IMG/VR virus record: IMGVR_UViG_3300042890_004365
Location: 10,510-74,509 of that record
Strand: one strand, 5' to 3'
Length of the DNA: 64,000 nt
Origin: a virus
Lineage: Duplodnaviria > Caudoviricetes
The notes under the pieces were generated by a model that was given only the letters and a program-made list of their open reading frames with translations, searched no databases and was not told the DNA's origin. Made by a program: the position numbers and the translations under genes. Of the stretch, positions 1-11,600 are shown in pieces. Within the stretch, counting starts at the first letter, position 1. The number at the start of each line of letters is the position of its first letter.

Positions 1-72
1 CCAGTTGTTTTAGATACACCAAGAGAACCGGTTAGAATAGTAGATGGTAGATTTTCAATAGGAGGATTATAA
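1..72 (+). CDS. 3' end of a gene truncated by the window edge
   Basis: Open frame from nt 1 (PVVLDTPREPVRIVDGRFSIGGL) ending at TAA 70-72, just before the ATG at 74. Confidence 0.6.
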   Translation, partial: PVVLDTPREPVRIVDGRFSIGGL

Positions 73-73
73 T

Positions 74-1669
74 ATGAAAGAGATTAAATCAGTAAGAGTA
101 AGAAGAAGAGATGTTAAATATGGTACTTTAGACATTAAGGTAACTATATTTGAAGAGAAAAACACATTTAAGGCAGATCAACGAGTAGTCATGGGAACTA
201 ATAATGATAGACCTATTTGGATGGGAGTATATTATCCAAAAAAAGGTTTATATAAAGATTATACAGATGATCAATTTATAAAAGACTTCATAGATATGAA
301 TTCTAAAAGTGATGGTGGTGGAAAAACTTATGATATAATACAAGATCCTTGGGAGATTAAAACACCTAAATGGAGGAGTTATGGTTACGATCCTTATTAC
401 TTAAATAATGGTGCACAAATATTTATAAGTTGGACTGAAGGAAATTTTACTGCAGGTGGTTTAACTTATAGTGATGACTCTGGAAAAGAAATAAATGCAA
501 GTGTTTCAATTAGCAAGACAGTTTCTAATATTATTGGTATAGATGAACCATCTATGTTACAATATGGTAAAAATCAAGAAATCGAATATAAATCATTTGA
601 TAAACCAACACAAGTATATGGTGGTTTATTTGATGATCTTTCTATAATACGAGAGATTATTGACGCTTGGAAAAGAAAAGTTCCTAACTATGATGAATTA
701 GCACTTTGTTCACCTGATAACCAAAGTTGTTCTATAATACCTTATAAAAGCCCTTTAAAACCACCTGAACCAGAAGTACCACCTATAGAAAAAGTTGCAG
801 TCAATGAGCCACCTAAAGAAAAAATGACAGTAGTTTTACCTCCAGATGTAGTAAAGGTTAAAAGTGATATAACATCATTTGTAGTTTATGTTGGTAAAGT
901 AAAAGAGAAAGCTTTATTAGAAAACCCAAGTGTCGAACAAGATGAGTTTATTTTTGATGATTCCGCAGGACTAGATGAATATACGGAGTCTGAATTTGAG
1001 GGTAATCCAGAAGCATCTGTATTAGAAGAACAAGAATATCCAAGTGAGGAAATTAGACAAGAAACTGAAAAACAGTCAGAAATAATAAATAGTGCTCCTT
1101 ATGTACCAGGTAAATATAAATTGGATTTGATTCCAGGTACTCTTCTTGGTAATAACAAAATGCCTGTAAAATGTTGTCAGATAGATGGAAAACCAGTAAA
1201 TGTTAATATAGCTGATGCAGTATTAGATCTTAAAGCAGCTGCCAAAAAAGATGGTATCAATTTGCGTATAAATTCGGGATTTAGACCAGATTATGGTCCA
1301 CGATTAAACACTAAATCAGAGGCAGGAGTAAGTGTTAGTGCAGACTCACAAGAGTATTTATATTCATTGTTTCTAAAAAAAGGTACACCTGATACTGCAA
1401 AACCAGGAAGATCTAAACATGGAAATGGTATAGCAGTTGACTTTAATACAGGATCTAGAACTGGTGCTATCAATCAACCGTTGGATCCAAAGACATATAG
1501 TTGGATGGTCAAGAATAGTTGGAGATTTGGATTTGTTAGAACTGTTAAATCAGAAGAATGGCATTTTGAATATTGGGGGAAAGTATCAGGTCCTTATGCA
1601 AAATTACCAAAATCTAATAACTTATTCTATGCAGATTTAGGATTAAATAATCTATCTGTAGTTGCATAA
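74..1669 (+). CDS. Probable virion-associated protein with C-terminal M15 (VanY/D,D-carboxypeptidase-like) peptidoglycan peptidase domain
   Basis: Motifs SGFR, AKPGRSKHGNGIAVD (SxHxxGxAxD) and SEEWHFEY (ExWH); acidic linker before the domain. Confidence 0.8.
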   Translation: MKEIKSVRVRRRDVKYGTLDIKVTIFEEKNTFKADQRVVMGTNNDRPIWMGVYYPKKGLYKDYTDDQFIKDFIDMNSKSDGGGKTYDIIQDPWEIKTPKWRSYGYDPYYLNNGAQIFISWTEGNFTAGGLTYSDDSGKEINASVSISKTVSNIIGIDEPSMLQYGKNQEIEYKSFDKPTQVYGGLFDDLSIIREIIDAWKRKVPNYDELALCSPDNQSCSIIPYKSPLKPPEPEVPPIEKVAVNEPPKEKMTVVLPPDVVKVKSDITSFVVYVGKVKEKALLENPSVEQDEFIFDDSAGLDEYTESEFEGNPEASVLEEQEYPSEEIRQETEKQSEIINSAPYVPGKYKLDLIPGTLLGNNKMPVKCCQIDGKPVNVNIADAVLDLKAAAKKDGINLRINSGFRPDYGPRLNTKSEAGVSVSADSQEYLYSLFLKKGTPDTAKPGRSKHGNGIAVDFNTGSRTGAINQPLDPKTYSWMVKNSWRFGFVRTVKSEEWHFEYWGKVSGPYAKLPKSNNLFYADLGLNNLSVVA

Positions 1670-1670
1670 T

Positions 1671-1696
1671 AAAAAAACCTCTTTAAAGAGGTTTTT
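1671..1696. terminator. Bidirectional intrinsic terminator
   Basis: aaaaaaacctct-ttaa-agaggttttt between convergent genes. Confidence 0.75.
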
Positions 1697-1700
1697 ATTT

Positions 1701-1967
1701 TTATTGTCCAATAGGTGGCATACCATTATCAGGTGTTGTTGATGCTGTTGCAATAATCATTAGATTATTTAATGCACTCGCATAAGAAGATCCAGTTGCA
1801 TAAATCTTAACTTCTGGCATACTAGCCGCAAAAAATCCGCCAGAATAAGCTTCTCTTTGACTAACTAATAAACTACTACCATCCGATTGTGTTACATATG
1901 TTCCAACTGAACCATTTCTATACATTGGTACGTAAGAAATAGTAACTAAGTATTTTGGATTTATCAT
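1701..1967 (-). CDS. Hypothetical protein (88 aa)
   Basis: ATG ORF with TTAATATATA box at 1988-1997 and a downstream terminator. Confidence 0.7.
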   Translation of the reverse strand: MINPKYLVTISYVPMYRNGSVGTYVTQSDGSSLLVSQREAYSGGFFAASMPEVKIYATGSSYASALNNLMIIATASTTPDNGMPPIGQ

Positions 1968-2008
1968 GATAAAAAATTATTTTCTTTTATATATTAAATA
2001 ATAATATA

Positions 2009-4273
2009 CTAAAAATCTGTTTTTATTGTAATATTTTTTACTCCCTCACCAACTTTTAAAGTAGGTAAGTTAAAATTAAATGAATTAGTTTTACTTAGAG
2101 TGGCAGATTTAAGCCCATTCAATTGGTTTTTAAATAGTTGTTGATGTGCCGTAGTTAAACCACTTATTGGAAGTTTATTATACCAACGTTGTTTTATGTT
2201 CATTGTTTTTAATCCTAATAATTCATATAATCTAGAAAATGCACCAGAAGTATCATCAGTAAATCCTTTGAAATCCTTAAATAATGGTTTTCCATTTGCA
2301 GTAAAATTATTATCACCTAACCTGTAGATATTCTCAATTATTTTAACAATTCGTTGATAATCATCAAATGACTTTTGTTCTGCGGTTATAGCTGGTTTAG
2401 TTGGTGGCTTTGGTGGAGTGGCTGCAGTATTTGTAGCAGTTGCATTACCAGTTGTAGCAGTTGTATTACCAGTTGTAGCAGTTGCAGTTGTATTACCAGT
2501 TGTATTACCAGTTGCAGTTGTATTACCAGTTGTATTAGCAGTTGCAGTATTTGTACCAGTTGTATTAGCAGTTGTATTAGCAGTTGCAGCAGTTGTTGCA
2601 TTTGTGGCATTTGTTGCAGCAACTTTTGGAGTTGTTGGTGTATCAGGTGTAGTAGGAACGAAATTATCAAACTCACTTTGTTTACAAAGAGTATAAGTAA
2701 ATGTTTCTTTTTTAGCAATAGTAACTTGACTTTCACATAATGTTATAAATTGATCCCACTGTGATACTGTTTTAAATACTTGAGCACCTGTTGAATAATT
2801 AAATACATTTTCAGCAGATCCCATATCACTTGATTTGTGTAATAAAACAACTGATTGTTTTAAATTCACTTGTTCTGACTTGTAATTATAAATTTTTGTA
2901 GAGTCATTCATATGTAATATAACCTCTGAAATTTTTAAACATTTTTCATTTTTGGGAGGAGTTGCACTAGGATCTGATATATAAGTATCTAGTTTACATT
3001 GATCATTATATTGTCCGAATGCTAATAAACCTGTGCCCTCTGGCAACAACTCAGTTTTTGGAAAATAACCCGGTACTGTTGTTATTTGATATTCTAATAA
3101 CTCCCAATTACCATTTTGATTTTTATAAAATACATTTAATGTATCATCAAATTTATTTGAAATACTACCATCATCCTTTTTAGATGATTGGAATGCGACA
3201 ATATTTAATACACCTATTTGATCAAATGTTCGGTAACTTTTAGACTTTAGGAAACTAATCAACCTATCTATTTTTGGATTAGATGTAGTTGATGATAGTG
3301 GATCGGCAGGTGGGTTAGTATTTATAGGACCTGTTACACCATTTGCCACACTCGCACCAGTTGTCGAAGTAACACCATTAGTACTTGCACTAGCACCTGG
3401 TGCAGTTGTAGGTGCAGTTGCAGGAGTATTTATTGGTGGTTCTACGTGTTTATCATTATACTCTGGTTTAGGACCATCTACTGGTTTGAAATTCTCATTA
3501 GTCTTTTTAGTTAGATCATTTTCTTTCTTTGTAGAGTTCCAAGCATCTCCAACTTGTGGAGTATCTTCTCTTTTAGTATTTTTAACCGTTGAAACTTTAT
3601 TATTATCTACAATATTTACGTGATGTGATAAGAAAACAGGATCTCTTAATTGTTTATATTTCATTAAAACTTGTATCATAGCAGGATTAGTAACAACTGG
3701 TGCTCCTAAATTACCTAAATAAGGACCTCCTTTATTTCCCATTAAATTATCAACAAACTCATCAAACCAATCCATCCAGTGATTTCCTAAAATTGCTTGT
3801 TGTCCTGCAGTTGCATCTCCAATATTTACGTGTCTATTATTGTCCTTTAGATTAAGGTCAATTGTATTGTCTGTAATATTGATATTATTGAACTTATGAT
3901 CTATTTTTAAACCTTCTTTATCATTTACATATATTTGAGTTTTATGATCAAATATAAGTGACTTCATAGAAACATAATCAGTTGCAGATAATGATGTTAG
4001 TTTTTTTTCTAAATTTACATTATAGTGATCTGCCGAGATAAACTCTGGTTTGTGTTCATCACCTGAATCAAATACAACTAAAAGTACTTTACCTTTCTCA
4101 GGTACATTAAATTGATTACCATTAAGATCCTTCCACGGACTTGCCCAGGGTATTGCACTTACTTCAATATCATCAAAAACATCTAGGACTCTAACCCTAG
4201 CACGACCAATTTTTAAAGGATCGTTATTATCTTCAACAACCCCAATATATGTTTTATTTGCTTCTACTTTCAT
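2009..4273 (-). CDS. Baseplate hub/spike protein, gp5/VgrG-like OB fold plus a degenerate L,D-transpeptidase-like domain
   Basis: N-terminal YIGVVEDNNDPLKIGRARVRV...IPWA...VPEKG typical of the gp5 OB fold; central LNIVAF..NKFDD..TTVPG..LLH..STGAQV; Thr/Ala/Asn linker. Confidence 0.75.
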   Translation of the reverse strand: MKVEANKTYIGVVEDNNDPLKIGRARVRVLDVFDDIEVSAIPWASPWKDLNGNQFNVPEKGKVLLVVFDSGDEHKPEFISADHYNVNLEKKLTSLSATDYVSMKSLIFDHKTQIYVNDKEGLKIDHKFNNINITDNTIDLNLKDNNRHVNIGDATAGQQAILGNHWMDWFDEFVDNLMGNKGGPYLGNLGAPVVTNPAMIQVLMKYKQLRDPVFLSHHVNIVDNNKVSTVKNTKREDTPQVGDAWNSTKKENDLTKKTNENFKPVDGPKPEYNDKHVEPPINTPATAPTTAPGASASTNGVTSTTGASVANGVTGPINTNPPADPLSSTTSNPKIDRLISFLKSKSYRTFDQIGVLNIVAFQSSKKDDGSISNKFDDTLNVFYKNQNGNWELLEYQITTVPGYFPKTELLPEGTGLLAFGQYNDQCKLDTYISDPSATPPKNEKCLKISEVILHMNDSTKIYNYKSEQVNLKQSVVLLHKSSDMGSAENVFNYSTGAQVFKTVSQWDQFITLCESQVTIAKKETFTYTLCKQSEFDNFVPTTPDTPTTPKVAATNATNATTAATANTTANTTGTNTATANTTGNTTATGNTTGNTTATATTGNTTATTGNATATNTAATPPKPPTKPAITAEQKSFDDYQRIVKIIENIYRLGDNNFTANGKPLFKDFKGFTDDTSGAFSRLYELLGLKTMNIKQRWYNKLPISGLTTAHQQLFKNQLNGLKSATLSKTNSFNFNLPTLKVGEGVKNITIKTDF
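2420..2622 (-). repeat. Low-complexity coding repeat (ANTT/GNTT/ATG) in the gp5-like gene
   Basis: Repeated gttgtattacca / gttgtattagca / gttgca units. Confidence 0.85.
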
Positions 4274-4283
4274 AACTTATAAA

Positions 4284-6527
4284 TTATCTTCTAGTTAAAC
4301 TACTAATACCACCATTTAGTACATTACTAACTGCACCACCTGCAAAGTCTGCCAATTCATTTCTAATATCATAGAAGAATCTATCAGTTACATTTGTCAA
4401 TGCAATACCCATTGGATCTTGTGGACCTGTATAAATATTCTGTGGTGGGCTAATTCCTTTTCTACCAACAAAATCAATTAAAAGTTTATTTATTGTTCTT
4501 GATAATAAACTAACTCTACCATTTACTAATGTTGCTAGTTCTTGTTTAGCACTCTTAATAGTTTTATCTTTTAATCTTTCAATAAAATTACCAATATTTG
4601 TATCTGCTTTTTTGTTGGTTAGTTCTTTAAGAGATGTTGGTATTCCGATTGTTTTACTTTTCTCAGTAAAGTTCTTTACTGCAGATTCTGCAGTAGTTTT
4701 TAATAATGTTTTAGGACTATTTAATAACTCTAATTGTTTACTTTGTTCTTTAACTAATTTACTTAGATCTGCACCAATCGCAGTTTGATCTTTAGCATAC
4801 CTTTTAAATTTATCTAAGTCAAATTTATCTTCTTCGTCCTTAGCTTGTAAATCATCTATCTTTTCATCAGTTGTAAATCCTAAAGGATTTTCCGGTAAAT
4901 TAACACCAAATCTATTTAATATTGCAGGTGATTTAACTCCATTACTATTAATTGCATTAGTACCGGATGTGAAGAATCTAGGTAAAGAAGTATCAGTTGT
5001 ACTTGACTGTGTCCCACCTCTTTGTAATCTTGCACCCGGGTTACCAATTTTCCAAATAGCACCACCATCATATCCAATATATTTACCAAAATTTGCAGAT
5101 GGCATAAATTTTTCAAACTTGACTGTAGAATATTTATAATCAAACTGAATACCATAAGTCTCATATGTTGCAATAGAAGACATATCAATATCAGGATTGT
5201 GAGGCATCGTATTAAAAAAGAACTGACATTCTTTTAAAGAGTAAACATATCTAGATAAGTTATCTTTAATAACTTCTAAATCACCATTATCCATAGCTTT
5301 TCTAACTCTATTAAAGTTTCTACACTCAGAAACTATAATATCACAGTTAAATCTTAGTAGGTTTTCGGGAACTAGATTCTTACCATTTGGTTTAGACCAA
5401 TATAACAATTTATATAAATGTGCTAAAGTACCCATCGTCAATGAAACATCCTCTGTAAAATCAAGTGTAATAGTATCTGTTCTATACTCAACTAGGTATT
5501 TTTTCTTATCTGTTGTATTTGATTCTATTAGATCTCCCAATCCACCAATTTTTTTAAGATAGTAACTCATATATGCGGTTTTTCCACCTCTAAAAAGATC
5601 TTTAGAACTATCAGTATTTGCATAACCAGGTTTAGTTTTACTAATTGATACTTGTTCATCATTTATATTTACAGTAGTTTTAGTTCTAAATAATTTTACA
5701 AATTGTTGTTTAAAATCCTCATAAACGGGAATTTTAGATTTTATCTCATCAACACCACTATATATCTTTAAAAAATCAAGTACCGATCCATTTAATAATG
5801 GAGAAGATAAATCATCTATTATAATCTCAAATCCAAACATAACAGGATCATTGTTTTCAAAAGGTGTTTGTTGAAATTGTGATAAACGTAATTCTGATTT
5901 ACCATTCTCTGGATTTTCAATCGGATTTAAATTATCAATTATTTGTAAACCATGTTTAAAATAGTCAGTTCTTGTATCATTAAATAATAAGTAATAATCA
6001 CGTGTACTATAAGGAGATGACTGCAAATCTTTTGGGTTTTTAGGTAAATCTTTGCTCTCACTAAATCTCTCATCAGTATCTAAAATAGTGGAATTTGCAC
6101 CTGGTTTTATCAGTTGTCCCATCCAATCAACATACTCATACTCTCCAACTTTAATTTGATTCACCATATTAGGAGATGAGTATAAATTACTTTCAGGACT
6201 AGAAGGTTGATTATCAACATTTCCACTTGTAGTATATTGATCAGTTGATTTTGGTGTAGTACCATATCTAAAATCTTTACTAGGTCCTATAAAATATGGT
6301 GACAAAAATCCTTTATCTATACTTGCTTGTGGCCAAGGGGTTCCTCTTTTAATAATATTATCAATATTTGATCTTAAATCACCTCCAATTTTATTAATAT
6401 CAACTGTTTCAATTTGTCCAGTTTCTCTATTAAAAATAGTATAAGTTCCTGCTTTATACGAGTATTTAGGAGGAGTACCAACAATTGATTCTGCAGTTGT
6501 AGAAGTAGAAAGTTTACTTAGATCCAT
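4284..6527 (-). CDS. Probable baseplate or tail-tube-related structural protein
   Basis: Position in the baseplate cluster; central YYLKKIGGL..ITLDFTEDVSL..RFNCDIIVSE loosely resembles tube-fold proteins; TTTATATATA box at 6549-6558. Confidence 0.45.
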   Translation of the reverse strand: MDLSKLSTSTTAESIVGTPPKYSYKAGTYTIFNRETGQIETVDINKIGGDLRSNIDNIIKRGTPWPQASIDKGFLSPYFIGPSKDFRYGTTPKSTDQYTTSGNVDNQPSSPESNLYSSPNMVNQIKVGEYEYVDWMGQLIKPGANSTILDTDERFSESKDLPKNPKDLQSSPYSTRDYYLLFNDTRTDYFKHGLQIIDNLNPIENPENGKSELRLSQFQQTPFENNDPVMFGFEIIIDDLSSPLLNGSVLDFLKIYSGVDEIKSKIPVYEDFKQQFVKLFRTKTTVNINDEQVSISKTKPGYANTDSSKDLFRGGKTAYMSYYLKKIGGLGDLIESNTTDKKKYLVEYRTDTITLDFTEDVSLTMGTLAHLYKLLYWSKPNGKNLVPENLLRFNCDIIVSECRNFNRVRKAMDNGDLEVIKDNLSRYVYSLKECQFFFNTMPHNPDIDMSSIATYETYGIQFDYKYSTVKFEKFMPSANFGKYIGYDGGAIWKIGNPGARLQRGGTQSSTTDTSLPRFFTSGTNAINSNGVKSPAILNRFGVNLPENPLGFTTDEKIDDLQAKDEEDKFDLDKFKRYAKDQTAIGADLSKLVKEQSKQLELLNSPKTLLKTTAESAVKNFTEKSKTIGIPTSLKELTNKKADTNIGNFIERLKDKTIKSAKQELATLVNGRVSLLSRTINKLLIDFVGRKGISPPQNIYTGPQDPMGIALTNVTDRFFYDIRNELADFAGGAVSNVLNGGISSLTRR

Positions 6528-6581
6528 TAAGTTAAATTATATTTGTAGTATATATAAATATTTTACTTTTCTATGTATAAT

Positions 6582-8606
6582 TTATGCAAGTGCTAGTCCA
6601 GATTCCTTTGCTCTTCTTCTTACCAAAGCAGCATATACTTTACCACCACCAGTTGTCGGACCACTTGCAATACCCTTCGATATTAGAGAAGCATTATTAT
6701 CTAAAACACCTTGTTTAACGGTTTTTGCATAAGATCTAGTTTTTACTGCTTTTGCAGTATAAATATAAGCACCACAATTATATGCCAAACTTAATACTGC
6801 CGCCTTTTGATTTTTATTTAACTTAGACCAAGGACCTGCACCGAATGCACTTATCATAATTTTCTCATATTGATTTTTTATCTGATAAGCTAAGGTATCA
6901 GTAGCTTCTTGTTTTGTAAATGTTGTAGAGGCAGTAACTTCTACAAGATTAGATCCCACTAATTTCTGTGAAGTACCAAAACCTCCTCTATAATGATCTA
7001 TATCCCACTTAGCTTTACTAAGGAATCCTTCCTCGGCTGCGATAAAATTTGCTGCAATCGCATACCAACTATCACCAGGTATATTTACTTTAATAGGGGT
7101 TACTGGATTAGAAGGTTCTTTTGTATCATCTTTACTATCTGGTGGGAGATCAGTTGATCTAGGTAATGCCTGAAGTTCTTCTTGTGTGAATCCCTCTACT
7201 GCAAATTCATCTTGACCTGCAAATTCATCTTCAACATACTCGCTACCGTAAGTGTCTGTTCCATCATCATATAGTAAAGTCTCATCTTCTTGACCAATAA
7301 TAAATAAATTACCAAAGTCAGCATTTGAAAATATATCTAATTGTTCTACATTAAAAGTAAACTCTTGTGTACCTATTGTACTTACTGTTGCACCAGGTAT
7401 TGAACTTTCAGAGGCACCTGTTATAGTACTCGCGGAAGAGCCTTCTATATTACTCGCGGAAGAACCTGTCGTGATATCACCTGGTGGTACTACTGGAGGT
7501 CCATCTGGTTCTGTATATTTAAGATAAATTGTCAAACCATAAGTACCTTCTATTATATTTTGTAAAGCAATAATTGCATCAGTTGCAAGATTATTTTTAG
7601 ATGAAGTACTTTTACCACCATTAAATGTAATAGTCCCAGTATTATTTGGTACTACTACGTTAGTCTTAGGATTTGTCCATGGATTCGGTAATCCATTTAA
7701 TGTACTATTAGGAATTATATAATTACCTGCTTCAATAAAAACTATTTTACCTTGAATCTTCTTTTCAATATCACTTAATGGATTTATTACACTCAGTGTA
7801 TAATCAGTGTTTACACCAGATTGTGTTCCAGACTGTGTTCCAGAAGTTTGAGATGGGAAAAAACCGTCACCTGCTTCCAAAACTGCTTGAAAATATTTAG
7901 ATTGTTCACCAGTACCTAGAGGAAAACCAAAACCACTATTATAATAATTTGGTAAAAATTCTTTAAAAGATTCGTCAAAATTTTCTGAATTGATTATACT
8001 GGAATAATCTTTATATTTTAGGTTTGATACAGATATTTTAGTATTAAATATAGTATAATATAGTGAACGCATGAGTACGTCAAACCAAGCTTTACCTCCT
8101 AAGTTTTTTAGTTTTTTGTATGATTCTAAATTGAGAAAGCCAGAACTTTTAATTTTTAATATATTGTATAAATCCTGGCGTGTTCCAAGACCAGTCTCAT
8201 ATTGTTCTGCTAAGTATGACATAGTTGCATAAGTATATCCTTCGGTATATAAAGAAGTTGGAGTTATTAGATTATCATTTACATCAAGTTTTCTATCGAC
8301 ATATTCTTCTACAATCTCAGGATTTTCCTTATAATTAATATATTTAACACTATAGTTTTTAGGTCCACTTGCAGGATAAGACCAGTCAAATAATTGACCC
8401 AATGTTGTTACATCAAATCCATCTATTGTGAAGTCCTCGGAAATGCCAAAAACTTTCATTTTAGGCATTTTCAATATAAAAGGATCTGTAAGTGCAATAG
8501 CAGTTTGTCTAGCAGCTAAGTAAGCATCTACATCACTTTGTGCTGTGGCTATCTTTACATCGACTTCAGTATTCCATGCATCAATAAATTCTTGTATCTT
8601 TGACAT
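6582..8606 (-). CDS. Probable virion protein with C-terminal GH24-like lysozyme domain
   Basis: EEGF..D....GGFGT, NQKAAVLSLAYNCG and LVRRRAKE motifs; N-terminal domain paralogous to 8613..11654. Confidence 0.75.
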   Translation of the reverse strand: MSKIQEFIDAWNTEVDVKIATAQSDVDAYLAARQTAIALTDPFILKMPKMKVFGISEDFTIDGFDVTTLGQLFDWSYPASGPKNYSVKYINYKENPEIVEEYVDRKLDVNDNLITPTSLYTEGYTYATMSYLAEQYETGLGTRQDLYNILKIKSSGFLNLESYKKLKNLGGKAWFDVLMRSLYYTIFNTKISVSNLKYKDYSSIINSENFDESFKEFLPNYYNSGFGFPLGTGEQSKYFQAVLEAGDGFFPSQTSGTQSGTQSGVNTDYTLSVINPLSDIEKKIQGKIVFIEAGNYIIPNSTLNGLPNPWTNPKTNVVVPNNTGTITFNGGKSTSSKNNLATDAIIALQNIIEGTYGLTIYLKYTEPDGPPVVPPGDITTGSSASNIEGSSASTITGASESSIPGATVSTIGTQEFTFNVEQLDIFSNADFGNLFIIGQEDETLLYDDGTDTYGSEYVEDEFAGQDEFAVEGFTQEELQALPRSTDLPPDSKDDTKEPSNPVTPIKVNIPGDSWYAIAANFIAAEEGFLSKAKWDIDHYRGGFGTSQKLVGSNLVEVTASTTFTKQEATDTLAYQIKNQYEKIMISAFGAGPWSKLNKNQKAAVLSLAYNCGAYIYTAKAVKTRSYAKTVKQGVLDNNASLISKGIASGPTTGGGKVYAALVRRRAKESGLALA

Positions 8607-8612
8607 TATTCA

Positions 8613-11600
8613 TTAAATATTTTTTATAGTTGCTTTTACTTCTTTACCGTTTTCAGAAACTTCAGTAATTGTCAATTTAAACACTTTACCAGAATTATTC
8701 TGAACAAGGAATATTTGACCAACTTTATAAACACTATTTGGTGGTACTGCAGTTGATAATATAGGTTGTGTTTGACCCGGTACTACTGGGTTTTCATTAT
8801 TCTGTGTATTTGTTTCTGCTTTAGCAGGTGTAGAGTTTGCATCCTTTTTCAATTCTTCATCTGTCTTACTAAGTTCTTTTCTAACCGCAGTAACTTTTTG
8901 AGTTAGATTACCTTGTGTCCAAGTATATGATATATCAATAATAACCCACTCACCTGTTAAACGTTTCTGAGAAATTTCATCATTATTAACAGAAGTTTTT
9001 ATATTTATAAAGTTTAACTGTATCTTCATAAATTTATATAAATTGAAATTTGCATTAGGAAGTTCTAAATCAACAGAAATTCTAGCCATATTATCAAAAT
9101 TTACTTTATTTTGTGTTTCTGAATAGTAGTATTGTTTGTGTACATTATCGGTATCCATTTTACCAGAGTATCTTGTACGATAGTTATCTTTTTGATCATC
9201 AGATGGAGCACCTTTTAATATAATACTTTTTGATCCATCTGATGTCTGTGAGTCAACATCAAATACTAAAAATTGTTTTTTTATACTATCATAAACTTTC
9301 GATACGGTAAATTGACCACTATTAAGAGAAGTTTGTGTTGAATTATTATTTACTCTATACTTATTGAAAAAGAATACACTACTATTTTGACTTAAATCGT
9401 TACTTAGTTGTAATTGAGAAACCTTTTCACTTTCTTCTTTTTTATTTAAGTGATTTAAACCTCTTGAATCTATACCAACATCTTTAGATATATCTCTAAT
9501 CCATTCTTTTTCAATATCTACATAATTAAAACAATAATAGAAGTCAATGTAGCCAATTAAAAATGTTTTATCCGAAATATATGAGTGTGAAATAATATCG
9601 TTAATAAATGTTCTAAATAATTTACCATTATTTACCCAGGTCATACTATCAGAAGTATTTGTAATATTAGAATTAAATCCTATTCCCAACTCCTTACACA
9701 TTTTTTGTAATGTCTCAAATGAAGTTCCTTTATAACTCTGAAATCTTATTTTATAAAAATCTTGAAGGTCTAGTGTACCAACTATTGTATAAGTTTTACT
9801 TTTATTTTCTTGGAAATTCTTTAATTTAAACTTTAGATGTATTGATTTTATATTCTTTGAACCAGAATTTAAAAATATTTCAAATTTACTATCATCAAGT
9901 GGAAATCCATCTTTTTTCATAACTCCCATTGAGTCAATAAAAACAATAGATACCATAGGTACTAGATCTTCATAATATAAATTCAGTGAGTTTATATATC
10001 GTTGATCTATCTGAACACCAGAATACCAGAAAAATGGAGTAAATCCAAGAGCACCTGCTACTTCTACATTATCTCTATTATTTTGCAAAGCATCAAATTC
10101 AATCGGTTTTAGTTTAATTGTTGGTTTATCTATTTGTGCAATTATTGGTCGGGTTCCTTGTACATCTTTTGATTCTTGTTCACCACCTCTTGACTTATCT
10201 TGAGCAATAACATCATCTTCTGGTAAAACTTTTATTGTTACCTCAGATGTTTCTATAAGATTTGAATCTGGTATTACCAAAATAACGTAATCTCCAGGTG
10301 CATCAAATTGAATACCTGCAAAATTTACAATACCATCTTTAACTGTTTGTTCTACCTCACCTATTAGTTCACCAGGACCACTTTTCTTTTGTAGCTTAAT
10401 CTTTATACCAGTAGCATCAAAAGTACTTTGAGTGAAACCTGATTGAGTTGAACTTAGAGGTGACGAGGATTGAGTACCAGATTGAGTACCAGATTGAGTA
10501 CCAGATTCAGGTCCTGAAACAGGAGTAGGAGCATCAGGATTTTTTGTATATTGTAACTTTATTTCTACTCCGTAGTAATAATCTATCATACTTTGTAGAC
10601 TTGCAATTGACTGGTCTGCCAATACTGTTTCATAAGTATCTGGATAAGATGATATACTTAAATTTGCAGTTGTATAGGTCAACCCGGAAGCATTGACCCC
10701 AACTTCGGCACCTTCTGGTGAAAAAAAAGAAGTTACTTCTGTGCCAGTTCTTGGGTTAGTAAATGGGTGTGGTAAGCCAATCAATCTAGACTTGGCACTA
10801 ACTTGTGGACCTAAAGTTTTGAATGAAATTGAACCTTCGATTTTTCTATCATTATCACTTTTAGGATCTTTTACGGTGATTTTATAGTCACCTATCTCAA
10901 GAGCTGATTGTGTCGCAGCTTGTGGTGCAACAGGTGTCACAGATTGCGTTCCTGATTGTGTTCCTGATTGTGTTCCTGATTGTGTTCCTGATTGTGTAGC
11001 CGATACTGGTGGAGGTAGCTTATAGTTATCACCAGCTTCTATAAAAGCCTCATAAAGAATTGGAAGTGTAGTAATCCAACTTGTTGAAACATCTGCAATA
11101 TCACCATAATTATATTTGAATTCTGAAATAAGTTGACTATAATCATCAGAAAATTCATCAGAATTTTTATAATCTAATGTTGATGTTTTTTCATCTTTTA
11201 AAAATTTAAGTGCAGATGACATGAATGCATCAAACCATTTTTGAGCACCATATTTTCTAAGATTATTAATAAATTTTACTTGATTTGAAGCACCATATGT
11301 TTTTTTAAGAATTTCTTCCAGTGGTTTTGCACCAGTATCTTGATCCCTAAGCTCTGCAATAACATCACCGAGGCTAGTAGGATTATTTCCATCAGGAAAC
11401 CATCTTTCACCACCTTCTGGATTATGATAGATATACTTAAATAGATCTCCAACTGTACTTATAGCGGGATCTCTACGATAAACACCATCACTATCTGGTT
11501 CTTTCTTATAAGGCCAATCACAAATTTTACCATAGGTTATTGCAATAGCAGACGCTCTTGCAGTTTTATATTCAGCTACTTTACCAGTATAAAAGTTAAG

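Noticed and set aside
2375-2740. Overlapping ORFs 2375+, 2386- and 2418+ with Cys/Ser, Gln/Leu or Val/Ala repeats
   Set aside because: Shadow frames of the Thr/Ala/Asn repeat in the gp5-like gene
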